44,679 nt of DNA from NCBI GenBank assembly GCA_907165135.1, contig OU015568.1:14657092-14701770 (forward strand), given 5' to 3'. The stretch comes from Oikopleura dioica (taxonomy: Eukaryota > Animalia > Chordata). The notes under the pieces are model-generated. The model ran no database searches. It worked only from the letters and a program-made list of their open reading frames with translations, and was not told the origin of the DNA. The position numbers and the translations under genes are program-made. Below, one piece after another: positions 38,361-44,679 of this stretch; within the stretch, counting starts at the first letter, position 1; the number at the start of each line of letters is the position of its first letter.

Positions 38361-39445
38361 TTAGTTGATCAGAGGTTTGGTACTTAGTCCGCCTCGTGCG
38401 ACGGTGCCGAATCGTTTATCAGGGCGTTGCATTTCGTAATAGCAGTAAATCAGGATTATAGCACTTGCACCGAAGAAGAAAAAATACATGATGAGCATGT
38501 ATCTGACGAAAAAGTGAGGCAGGAAGAGATCCGAATATGTTGCGCTAAATAAGGAAAATAAAGTTCCTGATGAGAAAGGACTTTGAGCTGTTAGCAGGGT
38601 AGGTGTTGTTGAACAAACCTGACGATAGATTCTTTTCTTTTTTCGGCAACTGCGTTAATTCCATTCTGAGCGTAGCAGACAATCACTTGATCCCATTTTG
38701 TTTCTTTAGGGATGATTGCGATTCCGTCCGTAACATCCAAACTCTCGCCTTTGTAGCTTTTGGAGATTTCCTTTTGAACCAAGCTATTGACCCCAATTAT
38801 CGGCGTTGGATACCCAGATGCAGTACAGTTGAGCACATTCTCGTCTTTGAACATTCTCTTCAGTCAGGCTTTACTACGATTAGTCGATATTATTTTTTAA
38901 TTTGTAACCCTTTCCTGATCTCCTGTCATTAAAACTGTTGGAGGATGAAGAACATTCAATTTCGCCGTCGATTCTGAAAAGAATTTTAGTAGCTGGTGAA
39001 TCCAGGTCTTCGGAGTTAGCCTTACCTCTTTCAATGTCGTCCCGCTCGTCTGCATAGACACATTTTACTTCTGATTGATGCATGTCCCGGGTAATTGGCT
39101 CAGTCAAAGTCAATGAAACTTCGCAAACAGTTCGATTATTGTTATTTTCACAGACCATATCAGCGGCGCTGTTTCTTCGTTGTCCATCGAAATAAAACGT
39201 CAAGTCAGTGGACTCTTCGTGAGGAACATATGCTTTACATATTGCTACTCTCTGTGGATGTTTAGGGTCTATCGGATTGTTATTGAATTGAAAAAGCTAG
39301 TGGTTCTTATACTACCATTTTCGGGATCGCAGCCTTCTGTCGCTTCACAATTAACATCGCTGGAGAAGATCTTGTCCACTACAGTTATTTCTTGTGCATA
39401 AGAAAAAATTAACAGAAAAAGCGATGTTGTTGAAATTCCTCTCAT
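38361..39445 (-). CDS. Type I membrane protein with Ig-like domains
   Basis: Signal peptide MRGISTTSLFLLIFSYAQE; Ig-like LTFYFDG...VCEVSLTL...EVKCVY and VLNCTASGYPTPII...IVCYAQNG; C-terminal TM with a short tail. Exon joins only partly resolved. Confidence 0.6.
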
Positions 39446-39776
39446 TGTTCCTTTGTTTCATGAGTGAGCCAAACGAGTCGGATTATCATCGCACTAGTAT
39501 AATAAAAGAACTTTTATGATGACGATCACCTTGCCCTGGAGTCAGTTAATTGACTCATGATTATATTTCTATATGTTAAGAATAGTTTGACATATTTTAA
39601 TTTAGAAGAAGTTCAATTCAGAATAAATATTCTCAGTTCATATACACATAAGATAAATTTGCCTATAAAACAGCCATTCTTTTCATCGGTCTCTCCGTCA
39701 AATTTGCTCAAGTGAAAGTACCAAATGTTCTTCATTCTTCTTGAAGATAACCGAAAAAGATTCAAGAGAAAGAGTC

Positions 39777-42039
39777 ATGTCTTGTGATAGTCGCAATCCG
39801 ACTATCCAAGAATACTGCAATTTCCGGCTACGAAATATCCCCTATGGAAGCGATGTTAAACCACAGTCTTGCTACGATCGACCAGTCGACGACGCAGGAA
39901 ATGCTCGACTTGTTCTTGAGTGGGGAGACTGGCTAGTTATTGGCGTTTATTTCGTCATTGTCCTTGGAGCAGGTCTTGGCATTTCTCTCATCGGAAAGAA
40001 GAAGGCTTCTTCGTCAGCTGCAACAGACTTTCTTCTTGCAGGCCGATCCATGTGGTTTTTACCTGTCGCGTTTTCCCTATACAGCTCGAATATTGGAAGC
40101 TCTTCCTTCATTGGCTTGGCTGGATCAGGAGCCGCTGCTGGCATCGCAGTTGGCGTGTTTGAGTGGAATGCAATGATTTGCTTGCTGATGCTTGGATGGC
40201 TTTTCGTTCCAGTCTATCTTGCATCTGGAATCAAGACTATGCCCGAGTTCCTCCAACGTCGATTTCCTGGAGAGCGAATTCAGCTTTATTTAGCAGTTTT
40301 ATCTCTCTTCATTTATATTTTTACGAAGATTAGCGCAGATTTATTCTCTGGCTCGTTATTCATTTCTCTTGCGATTCCATCACTGAATTTATATGTGGCT
40401 ATCATCATCCTCCTTGCTATCACAGCTGCGTATTCTGTCGCCGGTGGATTGAAGGCTGTCATTTACGTTGAAGCTCTTCAAACTGTGATCATGGTTATCG
40501 GTTCAGTCATTATGGCGGTTTATGCGTTCAATGAGATTGGAAGCGAGAATGAGTCTGCATGGGACAGTCTCTGGGCCAAGTACAACTGTTCGATTCCTTC
40601 CGACTACCTTTCGCCTCTAGAAACGCAGAATGGCGACGCATGTGGTGCCGTTAGAGATGATTTCGATCATGTTCTGCGAGCACCCGACGCCGATCTACCC
40701 TGGCCAGGTGCAATTTTCGGCTTGACTGTAATTGCAACGTGGTATTGGTGTACTGATCAAGTGCTTGTTCAACGCTGTTTAGCTGCGAAAAACTTGTCCC
40801 ATGTGAAGTTGGGATGTGTAATTGCCGGACTTATCAAAGTAACACCAGTGTTTCTGATGGTGTTTCCAGGAATGATCTCTCGCATCTTATTTACCGATGA
40901 AGGAATCAGTTATTGAATCAAAGCATCGTATATTTATAAATGAAAAAATTCATATTGAAAACATAAAATAACTTTTCAAAAGTTGCTTGCGTTGATCCTG
41001 ACAATTGCAAGTCTTACTGCAACTCTAATATTGGCTGCTCTAATATCGCTTATCCAACACTTATTCTTCGTCTCTTACCAGCAGGATTACGAGGAATGCT
41101 CATGGCCGTCATGCTTGCCGCACTCATGAGTTCTCTCACCTCAACGTTCAATTCTGGTGCTACTTTATTTACATTAGGTACTTCTATTCATTCGATCTTT
41201 TTGTGATTTTTTGTAGATATCTATGCGAAAATTCGCAAAAATGCTTCGCAAGCAGAACTGCTAATTATCTCAAGACTAACAATGCTTGCTCTCTGCGGTA
41301 TTTCAATTCTTTGGCTACCTATCGTTCAAAATTCATCTGACGGACAGCTCTTTGACTACATTCAAGCAATCACATCGTATCTCGGCCCACCAGTTGTAAC
41401 AATTTTCGTTCTTGGCATATTCTGGCCGCGTTGCAACGAGCCAGGCGCTTTTTGGGGGCTTTTATGTGGACTAATTATTGGTCTGACTAAAATGCTACTT
41501 GAATTCACGCAACCAACAGGGCTATGTGGCGATACGCTTCCAAACCCTTTGGTCTTGTCGAAGATGCATTATTTACATTTTGCGATTTTATTGGCATTTT
41601 TAACGGTGATCATCGCAGTTGTCGTATCACTTTTGACTCCGCCGCTCGACCCAAGGTAAGGAAGTAGACAAAGCTGGTGATAAAAATTCTAAGATATCTA
41701 CCACGAATGACATACTGGACTAGGTTTTCTAATAAAAGGCGCAAATCTATTAGCGACTTGAAACCTAAGGAGGAAATCTCTCAAGCAGGTAAAAACTCAA
41801 AATTAACGAATTCATGTTTTGTTCAAGAAGTGCCAAAATGGCTGAAATGCCTTGTTCGTGAAAATAAAACTTCCTCTGAAGAAATTTCCATCGCAGAAGA
41901 ACAACCGAACGAGGAACATGATGTCGAAGTGGATCCCTGTGAAATTCTCAAGGAGGAAAAGTCGTGGAACATTGCAGCGAACGTTGCTGCTGTTTTTCTA
42001 GCTGTTTCATGTGTGTTTTTGCACGCATATTTCGCATAG
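39777..42039 (+). CDS. Sodium:solute symporter, SLC5A (SGLT/SMIT) subfamily
   Basis: FLLAGRSMW...[83 protein letters not shown] and [17 protein letters not shown]. The exact paralog and the 5' start are uncertain. Confidence 0.93.
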
Positions 42040-42471
42040 ATTTCATTTGAATAAAGGTAGTTTTTTCACAACAGTAACGTTTATATCGCACATCGTTTCC
42101 GTTTGATGTACTAGTTCGTTTTTCGGGTGTTTTCTTTTGGGACATAAAAATACTCAGGTTCTTCAAGGCTTGAGTTTGAGAAAATGAAGCCATCATTATT
42201 CATCGGATAAACTCTTTTGAAAAATCTAAAAGCCGGGAAAATACAGTTGGTATCCATCTTAAGAGGCCTTTTGAGATGACAAGGGCTGAGAGAAAGTCCT
42301 CTTAAGTTGGAACATTTCGAGTCAATTTAGGAATACATATTTTAAAATTCTTTTCTCACTAATGTCGAAGCTAAGCAGCATTACTGAAGTCAAAATTTGG
42401 ACATTTGATGGAAAAATTGATCATGATTATTGTTTCCAGAACAAGGCGCGCACTTATGTTTTTAATTTTAA

Positions 42472-43122
42472 GGACCCCCCCCATCAAGAATCGCGAAAAT
42501 AGGGCATCTTAGTGAAAGTTTTTCTCTAAAACTATCTTAGCCAGACCCTTAATTTTAATTGCATCCTTTAGATCGAACCCTCTACTGCAACCGTTCCCTT
42601 TAAGATGATCTCTCGATGCCAAATTTAAGGTTATACAGGCCGTTAAAGGTAAAGTTGCTTAGTGAACGTTTTTTTTGGGGTTTTCGTTGGGGTATACCCT
42701 TAATATTTTTTCATGGTAAAGTTAACGCCCTTAGCTACGACCGTTTGCTTTTTGAGAGTTTTTTGTCGACGAACTTAAGGAAGACAGCCCCTTTAAAATT
42801 TTATAAGTCGAATCTTAGTCGAATTTCCAGATTTTAATTTTCAGTAATTATTGCCTAAATTGCCCTGAATAACGTTTTTATACTCGTGTTTATGATAGAA
42901 ATAGTTTTTATGGTTGGTATACCCTTAATTACCATTAAAAAATAGCGAACTAAAGATTTTTAGGAAATGGACAATGTTAATTTTCAATTTTTGAAGGCAT
43001 TTTCTGCCAAAATTTTCTATAAGATCAAAAAATTTTCTGAATTAAAGTTGTTCCTCGTGGTCTAAACAACCCAAAAAGCAAAAAATTTGAAAATTTTGAC
43101 TTTTTCATCTTGATGGGGGTCC
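42472..43122. mobile_element. Kolobok-like non-autonomous TIR element (651 bp), TTAA TSD, nested in the pogo leader
   Basis: TTAA(42468-71)|GGACCCCCCCCATCAAGA ... TCTTGATGGGGGTCC|TTAA(43123-26). Confidence 0.82.
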
Positions 43123-43161
43123 TTAACTTGTTCATTCCTCGAAAAATATTTTGCTGGAAAC

Positions 43162-44120
43162 ATGTCCGAAAAGAGAATTCGCATGACGATGGCCGAGAAA
43201 AAAAAGTATGCAGAGATTTTGGTGAAAGGTGCAAACAAAAGAAATGCTAAAAAGGCTGTAAATGAGCTCTATCGAAAAGAGCATGGACAAGATATTCCGA
43301 AATGTACATTTACAAACCTTTATAACAAAAGGTTTACGATCCTGTCATCGAAAACGAAGCACAAATACCAACTCACGCAGAAGAAATCTGCATCAATGCA
43401 AAAGCTCGAAGAAAAATCAAGCAACTATACCCGAAACGCCAATATAAAATGAGACTTCGTGGAGTCGCGAGATGGTTACGAAAAATGATCGATGAAAACT
43501 TCCCCGATGACAAAGAGATACAGGATCTATGTATTTCCAAACGCTTTGTCAAAAGAATAATACGTGACTATGGAAGAAAAACCTCCAAGAAAACTGATGT
43601 TATATTTCTCAGTGAAGAAGAGAAAAATTTCGAAATTCAGCGTTTACGATCCTGTCGTTCGAATTATCCATTGAGGTGAGGATTTGATAATTTATTTTTG
43701 AAATCATTAAATTATAGTGCTATTCTGAACTGTGACAAGACAGGCGTCAGCCGAGAGATTGACACGCGAAATCGTATCCTGCTTGGATCAGATGATCAAC
43801 TCTCGAAAATTGCTCATCAAAAGAGCGGTTTACATATATCCCGACAATCTCTGCGTTTGGGCCGCTAAAAGATTACCGCCCCGCAATCATAATAAGAAAT
43901 CAAGGAAGTAAATGGAAAGGCGCACCAAGAAAGCAGATAGAACGAGTGGCCAACCCAAACTTCGACAACTCCAAGCCCTCCTCCTCTAAAAATCTCAAAT
44001 TTCATGAAATAGAATTTCGAGATTTTAAAGGTAAATTGAAAAAACAAAGCTTATTAATTTTAAGATTTTCGACTATACTGGAATTCCTCCGCCTGGTGTA
44101 CAAGAGCGATATTTATTCTG
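43162..44120 (+). CDS. pogo/CENP-B-like transposase (HTH-psq-like, HTH-Tc5, DDE_1), two introns, 3' end in the gap
   Basis: MSEKRIRMTMAEKKK, CISKRFVKRII, ILNCDKTG (N-x-DETG motif), KERFT and YWNSSAWCTRAIF (Y..N..AWMT..IF motif). Introns at 43676-43717 and 44031-44064. Two apparent homopolymer frameshifts. Confidence 0.8.
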
Positions 44121-44620
44121 NNNNNNNNNNNNNNNNNNNNNNNNNNNNNNNNNNNNNNNNNNNNNNNNNNNNNNNNNNNNNNNNNNNNNNNNNNNNNNNN
44201 NNNNNNNNNNNNNNNNNNNNNNNNNNNNNNNNNNNNNNNNNNNNNNNNNNNNNNNNNNNNNNNNNNNNNNNNNNNNNNNNNNNNNNNNNNNNNNNNNNNN
44301 NNNNNNNNNNNNNNNNNNNNNNNNNNNNNNNNNNNNNNNNNNNNNNNNNNNNNNNNNNNNNNNNNNNNNNNNNNNNNNNNNNNNNNNNNNNNNNNNNNNN
44401 NNNNNNNNNNNNNNNNNNNNNNNNNNNNNNNNNNNNNNNNNNNNNNNNNNNNNNNNNNNNNNNNNNNNNNNNNNNNNNNNNNNNNNNNNNNNNNNNNNNN
44501 NNNNNNNNNNNNNNNNNNNNNNNNNNNNNNNNNNNNNNNNNNNNNNNNNNNNNNNNNNNNNNNNNNNNNNNNNNNNNNNNNNNNNNNNNNNNNNNNNNNN
44601 NNNNNNNNNNNNNNNNNNNN
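44121..44620. other. Assembly gap (500 N)
   Basis: Run of N. Confidence 1.
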
Positions 44621-44679
44621 TCAGTTACGTATTGCTGCTTACGGTTCACTACTCACGACGATGTTTTTGGTACCTTTTT
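44621..44679 (+). other. Technical sequence: ONT ligation adapter end plus reverse-complemented DCS end
   Basis: TCAGTTACGTATTGCT (44621-36) is the 3' end of the ONT adapter AATGTACTTCGTTCAGTTACGTATTGCT. It is followed directly by GCTTACGGTTCACTACTCACGACGATG...GGTACC, the reverse complement of positions 1-46. Confidence 0.9.

Larger units (their letters stand above)
42244..44120 (+). mobile_element. pogo/Tigger-like (Tc1-mariner superfamily) DNA transposon, left part; truncated by the gap
   Basis: TA|CAGTTGGTATCC left end typical of pogo/Tigger. Internal inverted CTTAAGAGG...CCTCTTAAG. A transposase CDS follows downstream. Confidence 0.65.

Noticed and set aside
39777-40902. Long intron-free exons (SLC5A, WDR7 5' part) as a sign of bacterial horizontal transfer
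   Set aside because: The proteins are clearly metazoan-type and the downstream parts carry spliceosomal introns.
44113-44649. 178-aa ORF in the ORF track
   Set aside because: It consists of N-gap codons and adapter sequence.

Overview
This is a gene-dense eukaryotic scaffold, not a prokaryotic one. Introns are mostly 35-60 bp, gaps between co-directional genes are often 40-130 bp, and T-rich/AG acceptor-like sites sit a few bases upstream of start codons. That architecture fits a larvacean tunicate such as Oikopleura, which has operons and SL trans-splicing; the taxon is an inference. Minus-strand genes: C2H2-ZF > VPS33 > TIM21 > unknown membrane protein > PIG-S, plus HMMR, a Schlafen AlbA_2 nuclease-like gene, CCT3, two orphans and an Ig-like membrane protein. 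Plus-strand genes: TRMT61A > RP2 > ASPHD-like > CCT5 > WDR7 > TRIP13 > ODR4 > cyclophilin D > ZSWIM2 > GORAB, then SLC5A, plus an orphan and a nested ZF gene. Five non-autonomous TIR elements and an intron-containing pogo-like transposase are present. The best finding is a 423-bp hAT-type MITE inserted exactly at a VPS33 splice donor. Its 8-bp target-site duplication copies the AG|GT junction, supplies a new donor and leaves an AG|GT recursive-splicing-like site, which is the geometry of an intron-generating (introner) element. A second MITE appears to supply the C-terminus of PIG-S. The apparent 45-bp inverted repeat at the scaffold ends matches, from my recollection, the Oxford Nanopore control strand (DCS) and adapter. 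About ten frameshifts all behave as lost bases in homopolymers, so both are best read as sequencing artefacts. All gene identities come from recognising conserved motifs by eye; no database search was run.
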